From Heteronotia binoei (Eukaryota), in the NCBI RefSeq assembly GCF_032191835.1, contig NC_083235.1, positions 71,486,001 through 71,550,000 on the forward strand: a DNA stretch of 64,000 nt. Reading direction: 5' to 3'. This document shows positions 48,958 to 60,885 of the stretch, piece by piece. The first letter of the stretch is position 1. Each line of letters starts with the position of its first letter. A program made the position numbers and the translations under genes. Under the pieces are notes generated by a model that made no database searches, was not told the DNA's origin, and worked only from the letters and a program-made list of their open reading frames with translations.

Positions 48958-50589
48958 TCACAAAAAAGAGTAGCTGTCATTCCTTAGGTTTGGGGGTGTG
49001 CAAAAAAAAAATCGGTATTTTTGGGGTTCTGGTATACTGAACCCAAAAAATACCAGTATTTTCTGAAATTCATGGATCCCAATATCGATATGGCGTTGGA
49101 ATTTAGGATTTAAAAAAAAAACTGATTTTTTTTTTACTCCATTATACTCTATGGGGACTGTTAGTAAGGTATAATGGCGAATTGATCTGGGGCTCTGGAT
49201 TGGGGGCCCCTGTTTTTTGAGAGAGAGGCACCAATCTGCAGCATAGCTGCTGCTGCTTCTCCTCAAACCTCATATTTGACAAAAGATTGGAGTAAGGGGT
49301 CCAATTCTGTGTATCCCCAATAAAGGTGCCCCATCCTCTGCTGAAAGCAGTGGTTTCTTTAAATGCATTCTCCAAGCTCCGCCACTGATACCAAGTTCTC
49401 TGTAAATGCCTACGCCTTCTCCAAGCACAGCGGTGGGACTCAGTAAGTTAACTGAGTTCACTCACCAAGTCATGTGGCCGTGGGGCTTGGTCTCTTTAAA
49501 CGCCTCCCACCTTCTCCAAGAATGGGGGCAGCAGCAAGACTCAGCAAGTGAACTCAGAAGACATATGCCTTCTGGGTTTACTAGCTGACAGGACTTGGAG
49601 GACCATGGTCTCTTTAATTGCCTACCGCCTTTGTTAAGTGTGGCAGTGGCAGCAAAACACAGCAAGTGAACGCAGAAGGCGTATGCTGAGTCGGACTACG
49701 ATGGCAAGGCTTGGAGGAGTAGGCGTTTACGGAGACTTCAGTCTCTTTAAATGTCTACTGCCACTGCCACTTGAAGGCTACTTGGAGGAAAGGGCTTCTC
49801 AGTATAACTGAACATACCCAAATAAAACCGAGGGGGGCGGGATTGGCTTTCTGGATGGATTAGCTGGAGCAGTAGTCAAATACAGATCTATGAAGACAGA
49901 TCTCTGATCTACATTTGGCTTTAAAATACCCCCAAAATCAAGTAAGGCATTTTTTCTGGTATTTTTTAAAATTCAGACAAACCAAATACTCTTACTTAGG
50001 TGCAGTCGTATATTTGAGGTTTCCTCTCCAGACGCAAAGGCTCGGTGGGCAAGAACGGAGATCTGCAAGGCTGTACTACTTGTCTGTATAAAGAAACAGT
50101 AATTGCTTTTGTGGGGTGGGGAATAACTGTTAGTTTAGCGCACAGACTTACACATTGTTCTGCTATTTCTGTTATACTTTTCTTAATTATTAATATTGGA
50201 TTTTTGACCACCCTTCCCAGAACTGGTCTCAGGGCAGTTGACAGTGATGTAAAAACCGGCCAAAAACAAGTAAAACCAAAATAGCAGGCAACAAAACCTT
50301 AGAGTCTAGAAAAACAAGATGTTTTCCAAGTTCAGAGTGGTGTTGTTATCTCTGGAAGAAGGTGGAAGTGGAGTGCTGATGTGGAATCGTTGCTACACTC
50401 AGCCAGATGCCTGATGGAACATCTCTGCCTTCCAAGCCCTGTGGAACTGTAATAAGTCCTACAGGGCCTTGATGGAACTTGGATGGAACAGTTGTGTGAA
50501 CTGCAGGAATTGCTATTGCTATTAAGTGCTTGTTTGGGTTTTTAATGTTAATCTCTCCTTTGTGAGACTGAAATTCTCCTCAAGTAATC

Positions 50590-51045
50590 GCTTGCTGGGG
50601 GGGAAAGTGTAGATGACTGGGGAAGGCAATGGCAAACCACCCCGTAAAAAGTCTGCCGTGAAAATGTTGTGAAAGCAACGTCACCCCAGAGTCGGAAACG
50701 ACTGGCGCTTGCACAGGGGACCTTTCCTTTCCTGTACTTAAGAGCCCCGCGGCGCAGTGCGTTAAACCTGCAGTACTGCAGTCCTAAGCTCTGCTCAGGG
50801 CCTGAGTTCGATCCCCGGCGGAAGCTGGGTTTTCAGGTAGCCGGCTTGAGGTTGACTCAGCCTTCCATCCTTCTGAGGTCGGTAAAACGAGTACCCAGCT
50901 TGCTGGGGGGGGGGGGGGAAGTGTAGATGAGTGGGGAAGGCAATGGCAAACCACCCCGTAAAAAGTCTGCCGTGAAAACGTTGTGAAAGCAGCGTCACCC
51001 CAGAGTCGGAACGACTGGTGCTTGCACAGGGGGGCTACCTTTTTA
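50590..51045 (+). mobile_element. Sauria SINE 3' half (50590-50732) directly followed by a full Sauria SINE (50742-51045)
   Basis: Duplicated GGGGAAGGCAATGGCAAACCACCCCGTAAAAAGTCTGCCGTGAAAA module. Confidence 0.9.
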
Positions 51046-51067
51046 ATCTGTCATAACTGCCCTAATA

Positions 51068-51250
51068 GCCCAGACTAGCCAGATCTCATTGATACTTGGA
51101 TGAGAGACCTCCAGGAAAGACTAGAGCTGCTATGCAGAGGAAGGCAATGGCAAACAAGCTCTGCTCATCCCTTGCCTTGAAAATCTCACGGAGTTGAGCT
51201 TCATGGGATCGCCATGAGTTGGTTGTGACTTGTTGGCACGCTTTACCTTA
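51068..51250 (+). mobile_element. Decayed 5S rRNA-derived SINE with a BovB-like tail (5S-Sauria/SINE3-like)
   Basis: ccagatctc...acttggatgagagacctccaggaa resembles the 5S internal control region (CCCGATCTC...TACTTGGATGGGAGACCGCCTGGGAA); tail gaggaaggcaatggcaaac. Confidence 0.6.
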
Positions 51251-51342
51251 GTCACGGCCGCTTCCACTAGGTGGTATGAATAGTGCTTATGGATAAAGCA
51301 GTTGTGCATAACCACATCTGAAAGAATGTTGTTTCTTTCAAG

Positions 51343-51468
51343 GTCTGGAATTAACATTCTTCTCTGGAGTGTATGGGACCTGTATAGGCGCTGTAGATAA
51401 ATTTGGTGCTGAAGAAAAAAGCCTGATCGGGCTGTCTGGTATTTTTATCGGCATTGGGGAAATATTAG
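51343..51468 (+). CDS. MFSD11: MFSD11 coding exon 10 (LELTFFSGVYGTCIGAVDKFGAEEKSLIGLSGIFIGIGEIL)
   Basis: tttcaag| acceptor, G|gtgagt donor; 126 nt. Confidence 0.97.
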
Positions 51469-51747
51469 GTGAGTTTGCACGGAATATGATGCGGTTTAAA
51501 ATAATTTTGCCCAATTGTACTATGTCTGTATATATTTTTGCATGTAGCTCACGGAACCTAGCAACGAGTAAGATGGGCCTGTTTAACATGGCGGTGCAAC
51601 GCGTTTAAGTAGCAGCTGCGCTAGTCTTCAAGTCCGAGGTGGGGCAAAAACAGCCACGTTTTTATTTATTTAGTTTAAATATCGATATTCTTCTTCTCAA
51701 CCAGAAGATCAGTTCCCAAGGTGGCTTACGATAAAAAATGGAAAAAA

Positions 51748-52338
51748 TAAGGACATAAGAGAAGCCATGTTGGAACAGGCCAATGGCCATTCCAGTCCAA
51801 CACTCTGTGTCACAGAAGAACTTAAGAGAAGCCATGTTGGATCAGGCCAGTGGCCCATCCAGTCCAACACTCTGTCACAGAAGAACTTAAGAGAAGCCAT
51901 GTTGGATCAGGCCAGTGGCCCATCCAGTCCAACACTCTGTCACAGAAGAACATAAGAGAAGCCCTGTTGGATCAGGCCAGTGGCCCACCCAGTCCAACAC
52001 TCTGTCACAGAAGAACTTAAGAGAAGCCATGTTGGATCAGGCCAGTGGCCCATCCAGTCCAACACTCTGTGTCACATAAGAACATAAGAGAAGCCATGTT
52101 GGATCAGGCCAACGGCCCATCCAGTCCAACACTCTGTGTCACAGAAGAACTTAAGAGAAGCCATGTTGGATCAGGCCAGTGGCCCATCCAGTCCAACACT
52201 CTGTGTCACATAAGAACATAAGAGAAGCCATGTTGGATCAGGCCAATGGCCCATCCAGTCCAACACTCTGTGTCACAGAAGAACTTAAGAGAAGCCATGT
52301 TGGATCAGGCCAATGGTCCATCCAGTCCAACACTCTGT
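51748..52338 (-). repeat. Tandem array of at least 9 units (65-67 bp) of the CR1 3'-terminal hairpin; ends at an N-gap
   Basis: taagagaagcc units at 51756, 51823, 51888, 51953, 52018, 52085, 52152, 52219 and 52286. Confidence 0.95.
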
Positions 52339-52497
52339 NNNNNNNNNNNNNNNNNNNNNNNNNNNNNNNNNNNNNNNNNNNNNNNNNNNNNNNNNNNNNN
52401 NNNNNNNNNNNNNNNNNNNNNNNNNNNNNNNNNNNNNNNNNNNNNNNNNNNNNNNNNNNNNNNNNNNNNNNNNNNNNNNNNNNNNNNNNNNNNNNNN
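52339..52497. other. Assembly gap (159 N) at the CR1 tail array
   Basis: N run. Confidence 0.99.
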
Positions 52498-52700
52498 CTG
52501 ATGGACCTCTGCTCCATATTTTTATCTAACCCCCTCTTGAAGCTGGCTTTGCTTGTAGCCGCCACCGCCTCCTGTGGCAGTGAATTCCACATGTTAATCA
52601 CCCTTTGGGTGAAGAAGTACCTCCTTTTATCCGTTTTAACCCGACTGCTCAGCAATTTCATCGAATGCCCATGAGTTCTTGTATTGTGAGAAAGGGAGAA
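52498..52700 (-). mobile_element. CR1 body belonging to the preceding tail array
   Basis: Minus translation LSHNTRTHGHSMKLL...FFTQRVINMWNSLPQE. Confidence 0.9.
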
Positions 52701-52817
52701 ATGCAGTAAATAATTAATTAGTGGGAAAAAATTAAAACATTCATATAAAAATCCATCAAAGCAAAAGGCAAAAACAAGAAAAAACACCAAGCAGCTAAAA
52801 CCAAGTGTAAAGTAGAA

Positions 52818-53210
52818 GCATAGAGTTCGAAGGGACCTCCAGAGTCATCTAGTCCAACCCCCTGCACAATGCAGGAAATTCACAAATACCTCCCCCCCCC
52901 CACATACCCCAGTGACCCTTGCTCCATGCCCAGACAATGGCAGAAAACACCCTCCAGGATCCCTGGCCAAACTGGCATATAGAAAATTGCTTCCTAACCC
53001 CAAAGTGGTGATAGGCATTTCCCTGGGTGTGTAAGAAAGAGCCACAGGAAGCAAGCACTGAAGCAAACCTTCCTGGCCTCCTTCTTCTCAAAGGAGGAGA
53101 GTCCACCTGCTCCCAAGGCAGCCTGTTCCACTGGTTTTAACTGTCAGGAAGTTCTTCCTAATGTTGAGCCAGAAACGCTCTTGATATAATTACAAGCTGT
53201 TGGTTCTGGT
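52818..53210 (-). mobile_element. Different CR1 subfamily 3' end, diverged
   Basis: catagagttcgaagggacctccagagtcatctagtccaaccc terminus typical of CR1. Confidence 0.7.
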
Positions 53211-53618
53211 CCGACCTATCTTCCCATGTGCTAAACAGATTAGCCTGTTCACTGGGGTGTGGAGCCCCAGATCCAAATCCCCACAGTGTCTTGAAGCTGA
53301 CAATTGCTTTCTCTCAGCCTAACCTACAAAGACATTGTGAAGATAAAATGGAGGAGGGGGAACCATGTATGCTGTCCTGACCTCTTTGGAGGAAAGGCAG
53401 GATAAAAATGTGATTGGCAGGTGGCTCCTTCCTTAATCCCAAGAAGGCAGTGCTCAGAACTCCTTTCTGCTTGCTCCCTTCCCCCTTTGTGGTGCACATA
53501 CAAGTTTTTAAAGGACACCTTTCTCTTTATGTTTGCAGTCCGAAATCTTGATACTGTGAATACGGAGTTTACTTAAAATTATTTTAACTTTCTTTCCTCT
53601 TTCCGGTTTTGTCCACAG

Positions 53619-53793
53619 GCGGAGGAATCTTTGGCCTCCTGAGCAAGAGCGACCGTTTTGGCCGGAACCCCGTGGTGATGTTAGGCATCGTCGTCCATTT
53701 TGTAGCCTTCTATTTGATATTCTATAACATACCAAATGATGCACCTGTGGCTTCCATTTATGGGACAGACAGCATAGCATACATGGAACCAAG
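53619..53793 (+). CDS. MFSD11: MFSD11 coding exon 11 (GGIFGLLSKSDRFGRNPVVMLG...TDSIAYMEP)
   Basis: ccacag| acceptor, AG|gtattg donor; 175 nt. Confidence 0.97.
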
Positions 53794-54596
53794 GTATTGC
53801 CCCCTTGTGCTGAGTTGACAACCGAGTGACTAATCGGGGATTCAGTCTAAACCTCACTGAGTTCAGGTTGTCTTTTCTTTTCATGCTGAGACCCCTTTCT
53901 GCTAGCCAATAACGACATAAGGCAGTTTGTTCAAGTAAATTGCACACCTTGCAAGTGTAATAACTACTTACACATTGGGAATATCCCTTTTACTAGGCGA
54001 ATGCAAGAAGGGTGCAGGTCCCAGAGACCTGCTATCACTGACCTAAATTTTCACAGCCTAAACATAATTCTTCAAAATGTATGAAGGAGGTTTACAAACG
54101 AAGTTTTAAAAATTATGTAGCCATCGGCTAGTTTTTCTGTTCACTCCATCGCTTAAAATGGTTGCATAGTCTCTAACATATGATGATAGACAGAACTGGT
54201 TCAGGGGAAACGGTAAGCGCTTGTTGCCTACTACTGTGTGATATTATTAAAAAGCCATTGTGGTGTTGTCATGAGAGATGGTCACCTCAACATCTATGAA
54301 TCTTACTGTTCGAAAACATCAGCATTTGGTCCTGTTGTAAATTTAATGCAACGGCTTATTTCCTGTTGTGCCATCCAAGTGTGAAGAATAACATCGGGGA
54401 GAGTTTCATGTCAAACACTTATCATTCTTCCACTATTCCCAGACCCAAAAGGTTGCAGTTTGGTATATCAAAGTAACCTGCCTTAATTGCACTCAGATGG
54501 GAGGAGGAGCCTTGGTCTTCTTTGTGAATCATCTTTTGGATCTTGTTCTTGATTAGCTCACAGTGATTAAAGGGCTCACCTATATTTCTGCTAAAA

Positions 54597-55283
54597 AGGA
54601 AGTGGTGGCGACGACAAGCATAGACAGCTTCAAGGGGGGAATGATAAGCATATGGAGCAGAGGTCTATCAGTGGCTTTTAGCCACAGCTTATTGTTGGAA
54701 CTCTCTGTCTGGAGCAGTGATGCTCTGTACTCTTGGTGCTTGGGGGGCACAGTGGAAGGGCTTCTAGTCCCACTGGTGGACCTCTTGATGGCACTTGGTT
54801 TTTTTGGCCCCTGTATGACACATAGTGTTGGACTGGATGGGCCATTGGCCTGATCCAACATGGCTTCTCTTATGTTCTTATGTGACACAGAATGTTGGAC
54901 TGGATGGGCCATTGGCCTGATCCAACATGGCTTCTCTTCCGTTCTTATGTGAAACAGAGTATTGGACTGGATGGGCCATTGGCCTGATCCAACATGGCTT
55001 CTCTTATGTTCTTATGTGACACAGAGTGTTGGACTGGATGGGCCATTGGCCTGATCCAACATGGCTTCTCTTATGTTCTTATGTGACACAGAGTGTTGGA
55101 CTGGAGGGGCCATTGGCCTGATCCAACAGGGCTACTCTTATGTTCTCATGTGACACAGAGTGTTGGACTGGATGGGCCATTGGCCTGATCCAACATGGCT
55201 TCTCTTATGTTCTTATGTGACCCAGAGTGTTGGACTGGATGGGCCATTGGCCTGATCCAACATGGCTTCTCTTATGTTCTTAT
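54597..55283 (+). mobile_element. CR1 3' fragment followed by 7 tandem 67-bp copies of the terminal hairpin (54827-55283)
   Basis: gttggactggatgggcc units at 54827, 54894, 54961, 55028, 55095, 55162 and 55229. Confidence 0.93.
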
Positions 55284-55644
55284 CTTGCATCCATCTGGGA
55301 GAAGGAGGGAAGACAGAGGTTACAATAACATGTGAATCAACACACAAGGGGCTGAATAACATGTTACAATGGATGGGCCATTGGCCTGACCCAATCTCCC
55401 ATGGGCCAAGAACCATCTTGCTACATCTCCTCCCTTTTGCTTTGTTACTGATGCTGACTTGAAAGTACTGCAATCTGCTTGTCTTCATATATGTATGTAT
55501 ATGTAGGAAGCTAGAGTTTTTAAACGTGCCTACTTGTATTACTTACGTTTAAACCTGAACCACTTTTAAAATTACTTTAAATAAAACTTACTGGGTTTAT
55601 TGGTGTATTCTACTTCACGTGTGAGAGTCCTGCCCAGTCTTAGT

Positions 55645-55860
55645 CAGGCTACCAGAAAGAGACTAACAAAAGTTTATTCAGGATACGAGCTTTCATGTGT
55701 AGGTACACTTCCTCGGATACAATTGTATCCGAGGAAGCTCATACCTTAAATTAATGCACATGGAAGCTCATACCTTAAATTAACTTTTGTTGGTCTTAAA
55801 AGTGCCACTGGACTCAAAATTTGTTCTGCTTCAGAACAACATAACTACCCACCTGGATCT
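55645..55860. mobile_element. Penelope-like pseudo-LTR relic in inverted arrangement around a perfect 30-bp palindrome
   Basis: cttcctcggatacaattgtatccgaggaag; flanking ttttgttggtcttaaaagtgccactggactcaaaa...ctacccacctggatct motif. Confidence 0.6.
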
Positions 55861-56733
55861 ACCAGAAGAAGACTTGTTCCTGGGTCCCAGATGCGGGGAC
55901 AGGGGAATCAAGGCATCCATGAGAAGGCGTGTGGAGTTGGGGAACTCCATGGTCTTCTGACAGGTTTAGTGATTAGAGTGCTGCACTAGGGCAGAACAGT
56001 GGAAGTTCATATCCCAGTTGCCATAAAGCTCCGCAAGTAACATTGGGCCTACCAATTAATTTCAACCAAATCTACGTCATAGGTTTGTATGCCTACCTGA
56101 GCTCCCTGGAGGAAGGAGAGAATAAAAATGTAACAGATTCTACTAAAGCATATAGCAGAATGTTAGTTAACACATGCTAAATATCTTTGCCATTAGAGTG
56201 CTGGATTAGGGCAGAACAATGGAAGTTCAAGTCCCAGTTGCCATAAAGCTCCATAAGGGTCATCACCTTTTTGAGCCTGTGGGCATGCTGCGTGCAGCCA
56301 CAAGGTGGTCCCCCCAGAATGTGGAGCCAACCACAAAATGACTGCTGCAGCTTACCCCTCAGTACACAGTGGGCTGTGGAGGCCACTGTTGCTGCCCGAG
56401 CAGTGTTTTTGAAATCCTCGCAGCTCATCAGATCTCCAGTGGCCAATCAGAAATCTTGCTGGGCAAAAGTCCCACTTGGCCCCGCCCATTTTCTAAAAGC
56501 ACTTGGCGGGCGCCAGGAAAAGTCTCAGCGGGCGCCACGGCACAGAAGGGCATCATGTTGGGGACTCCTGACCCTACACATTGAAACTTGGTCTCAACAG
56601 ATGTTCAGTCACTAGCGACAAAATAAATGATGGTACAATTTGTATGTAATACTTTTCCTCCAGCAGTAGTTGTACATGCTTTGCTTAAGTTCATTGTGGT
56701 TGATGTGAGGCTCTTTTCCTTTTTTTTTTTTAG

Positions 56734-56869
56734 CAAGGAAGTGGCTATTTTTTGCAGTTTCTTACTGGGTCTAGGTGACAGCTGTTTCAACACTCAGCTC
56801 CTCAGCATTTTGGGGTACCTGTATGCAGAAGACAGTGCTCCAGCTTTTGCAATCTTCAAATTCATTCAG
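56734..56869 (+). CDS. MFSD11: MFSD11 coding exon 12 (KEVAIFCSFLLGLGDSCFNTQ...FAIFKFIQ)
   Basis: ttttag| acceptor, CAG|gtaatc donor; 136 nt. Confidence 0.97.
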
Positions 56870-57038
56870 GTAATCTCTCTCACCAAATGGCGCAGCCAGA
56901 TTGTTTTATTATATGTGTAGTTACTACTCTACTGGAATCATGCAGTAAATTATTAATTACCCATCAGTAAAAGGTTTTATGTGGGAACTTTAGAAGGAAC
57001 CTTGATGACTACATAGCTTGCATAAATTAGGTGGCAGC

Positions 57039-57939
57039 TGTGACGGTAAGGTATGGGTTAAACAGAAAACTGAAGACGCATAGAGCCTGCGTCAGGTGAC
57101 CTGAGGGTGGGGGCCAGGGTGCTCAGAACTCTCAGTGTGTGAGATTGACAGCTAACGGCTGAGGAGAGTTAGTTGGTGCCTGACAGAGCCGGAGAGAGTT
57201 AGTGCCTGTCAGAGTCTGAGAGAGTTGGTCTTTGTGGGAGCTGAGACAGTGGCTGAGGAGAGAAGCCAAGCTGACTGCTAGCTCTATAAAAGCAGCAAGG
57301 GGCTGTGTGTGACTAAGAAGGAGAGTCACGGTGAAGACCTGAATGGTCACAGACACATGCACATATCTCTTAAGAGCTAGAGAGGTGGTTGAGGGAACAT
57401 ATGTGGGTCTGGAAGTCTGAAGGGCTGGGAGTAGAGGCTCCAGTCGACTTGTGAGAGACTTGGCACATTACACCCAAGAGGCCAGCCTTTGCTAGTGTTG
57501 GAGAGTGTTTGTATAGGAACTGTGAACCTGAGAGACCTAGGAAAAAGAAAGACATTATAAAGCCTGAAGTGACTGAGCAACTTATTAACTGCATGAGATA
57601 CATGATAGCCTATGTAAATATCTCCCATATCCCCAGTTGAAGACTTTGTGTTTAAAATAAATATCTGTGGTTTACGTTAAAGTTCTCTGGTGCCTTTAAT
57701 TTGGGAAAACCGTCAAAGCTGCCGCGGTCCCCTACGAATTAGAATTATATATCCATCTGAAAACAAAACCCCCGAAGAGACTAGAAGAGAGAAATCCATA
57801 TCATACCCACCCCTTTGAGTTCTATAGTCCTGAGGCGAAAGTTTAAAAAGGAAGAACTGAGGAGAAACGGAGGGGCTGCGGTAGCTGTAAACAGCACATA
57901 GAAGCGATCCAGTGGGACCGTGAGGCGGGTGCTGTTATA
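57039..57939 (+). mobile_element. Solo LTR (901 bp) in MFSD11 intron 12, sense to the gene
   Basis: Starts TGTGAC, ends GTTATA (decayed GTCACA); 5-bp TSD GCAGC (57034-57038, 57940-57944); TATAAAA at 57285; AATAAA at 57656. Confidence 0.8.
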
Positions 57940-58600
57940 GCAGCAAAAGGCCAAAGCCCTCACACTAATGGGATGTTTGGTTACCTAAATTGGATTTTTT
58001 TTTTTAAAAAAAAGACAATATTGGGAAAATGAAAATAGGGATTAAAAAATGAATAGAATGCATACATTTCCGGATGTGCTATATAGGGGAGTTTAAGGGG
58101 GACTCACAGGCAGCGCCAGTTCCAGGTTGGAGAGTCCCTGGGCAGGCAGGACCTTCCCCCCCCCCGTACTCCCTTCTCCTTTCCCTTCCACCTGCTTTCT
58201 CCCTCACTCTCCCAGCCTTCCCATAATTGCTTTTACTGCTTTTTTCTCATCCTTCTCTTCCCCTCCCACCTCTGCCACCACTTTCTCCCTCCCATCACTG
58301 CATTCTCCGCCCCCCTTCTCCTTCTTAAGACCAACTGCTTTCTCCATCCCTCCCCCAACACTCACATTGGCATTGCTTTCTCCCCCTCTCCTCTTCTGTT
58401 CAACTATAACTTCTTAGGATTGTATTAGTTTTTTGAAAGTCGTGATGTATTTAGGTGTATACCTCCCTTCTCTATGGGGGAAGGGGGCAGTTTGGCTTTT
58501 CTGTGCCAGGCCACATTGTGCAGGGTTTATGGATCTATGCTCAGGCCAAGTTTGGAATTGGATATGTGTTTATATATGGAATTAGATATATGGTTATTAG

Positions 58601-58897
58601 GAGCCCCGTAGCATAGAGTGGTAAGCTGCAGTGCTGCAGTCCAAGCTCTGCTCAGAACCTGAGTTCGATCCTGGTAGAAGCTGAGTTCAGGTAGCCAGCT
58701 CAAGGTTGACTCAGCCTTCCATCCTTCCAAGGTCGGTAAAATGAGTACCCAGCTTGCTGGGGGTGTAAAGTGTGGATAACTGGGGAAGGCAATGGCAAAC
58801 CACCCTGTAAAAAGTCTGCCATAAAAATGTCGTGATGCGATGTCACCCCAGAGTTGGAAACAACCGGTGCTTGCACAGGGGACTACCTTGACCTTTA
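58601..58897 (+). mobile_element. Sauria SINE, full length
   Basis: Same head, core and tail as 50742-51045. Confidence 0.9.
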
Positions 58898-59239
58898 TAT
58901 GGCACTACTTATTAACATAGATGAAATAGAGAATAGTGCAAAGGCCATCAAGCGGTCATGCAAACTGGGAAATGAAACAGTAGTGTTGGATTTCATGCAG
59001 AAGCAGTGAAGATAATAATAGGCAAACTCATATTGGAAATTACCTTGGATTAAGTAGCGTCCTGTTAGATGTGGATGACCATATGCTGCCAAGGTTGATT
59101 TCAGAAAGATTTCACAAGCTAAAGAGGTAACTTAGGAAAGGAATGTACGCCCTGGAATGTTATTAAAAGCAAATGCCTCTAAAGTGGAGTGGGTATGTCA
59201 CTAACCATATGTTCCTCTCTTCCCTGCTTTCCTTTTCAG

Positions 59240-59404
59240 TCTGTCTGTGCAGCCATCGCATTTTTCTACAGCAACTACCTGCTTCTTCAGTGGCAGCTCT
59301 TGATTATGGCTGTGGTTGGATTCTTTGGGACAATTTCCTTTTTCACGGTGGAGTGGGAAGCCCCAGCCTTTGTTGCCAAGAATTTACATTACAGCAGCAT
59401 TTAA
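59240..59404 (+). CDS. MFSD11: MFSD11 last coding exon (SVCAAIAFFYSNYLLLQWQ...HYSSI*)
   Basis: ttttcag| acceptor; TAA at 59402-59404; 13 exons sum to 1350 nt = 449 aa. Confidence 0.97.
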   Translation, partial: SVCAAIAFFYSNYLLLQWQLLIMAVVGFFGTISFFTVEWEAPAFVAKNLHYSSI

Positions 59405-60885
59405 GAAAAGCCTTTTCAATCACCCTAGGACAGCATTCACATGCAAACACACATCCGTTTCTTGAAATGAGTTGCTAACATTTGCAATTAGAGAAGCATG
59501 TTTCAAGGAAATCCGGTTTCCACCTGAGAACAACTATTACTTGGCATGGAACAAGTAAGCCCCCAAATTTTGTTTTTAATCAAATAGTGCAGATGTGAAG
59601 GTTTGTTCACTACAGGGTGGAGGAAGAGGGACTTGGAAATCAGAGCATCAGGATATTCTTTGTATCATTGCCACTTGCTGAGTGCCTGCATCTCAGGCTT
59701 ATGACCACTGATTGCGGAAATCATGCCCTTCTAAAAATAATTACGTTGCTATTTTGGCTTCAGTTACGTATGTCTGAAATTTTGATCCAGCTGTCTACTA
59801 AGAATTTTTTCCTGTTTGGGCTTAGGTACACTGCAACACAGATATGGAAGACTAATTTGTTTCATGGATTTGTGCAGAAATTGTACGCAGGTTCTAAAGT
59901 TTCTTCGTTAATTTGCCAGCCCCATTTTCTCTTGAGACATTTACTTTACAAGATGAAGTATTATTTATGTTGGAAAAAAAAGAATGTAGCATAAGGAAAT
60001 TAAAAATTTTTGCACAAGCTGTTTTTGCTAATTTTATGTAGTCTAATCAGAGGCAAAAATTGTTAAGATCCCAATCCTCTGAGGCTATTTATCTTCACTC
60101 AGGATCAAGTTTATTATTATTTTGGTGCTATAAGACTGTGTAAGAAATGGTTTCTGAAGACCCCTAATCACATTATCATAACGCATCTATAAATATGTAA
60201 ATACCTTGGCGGCATAACTGAGTTCACTGGGACTTGTCATGTGCATAAAATTACCTGAATGCATGAATTTGGTGTGAGATTAAGGAAAGTGCCATGAATT
60301 GTTTTAGCCCCATTCACTTCTGTTCATTGATTAGTAACAACCTCTAGGCACAGTCTTCTCTTAGTGATATATCATTAGTTCACATTTTAATGTGTCCGTA
60401 GAATAAGACAGTGGCTTGGATCTAAAGTAGCATTTCTGCAGGTGCAAGGATTTCTGTACATGGAGCAGACAGTCCCTCCCTCTGCTGTATCCTGAAATCT
60501 CCCCCCAACCCCCTTTCAGGCTGTAACAAGACAGAGGAGGCAAGGAAGTAGCATTCTTTAAGCAGAAATCCTTGTGCCATGGAAATGCTAGAATAGCATT
60601 CAGGACAACAATTGTGATTTTACCTTCGTCAAGCCAGGGAGAAACACTACGAGAGCAACGGAAACATAATTTGGAGGCCACTTTAAATGTGTTGGATTTC
60701 CTGTACTGAAAGCTTGCCTGTACATGTTTTCTTAGAAATAAGCCCCCTCTGTGTTAAATGAGGTTCACACAATTATGTGTGGGTAGGGTTGCTGCCTTAA
60801 TGTGTAAAAATAGGAAAGTGTATGACATTCATGTATGACAATCGCACACGTTTTGTTACATGTATATGCACGCACACCGACATAC

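Noticed and set aside
54178-54290. C/D snoRNA suggested by ATGATGA
   Set aside because: No CTGA D-box at a suitable distance and no terminal stem
51748-55283. CRISPR-like arrays of palindromic repeats
   Set aside because: There are no unique spacers, units are contiguous copies of the CR1 3' end, there are no cas genes, and the context is a vertebrate intron
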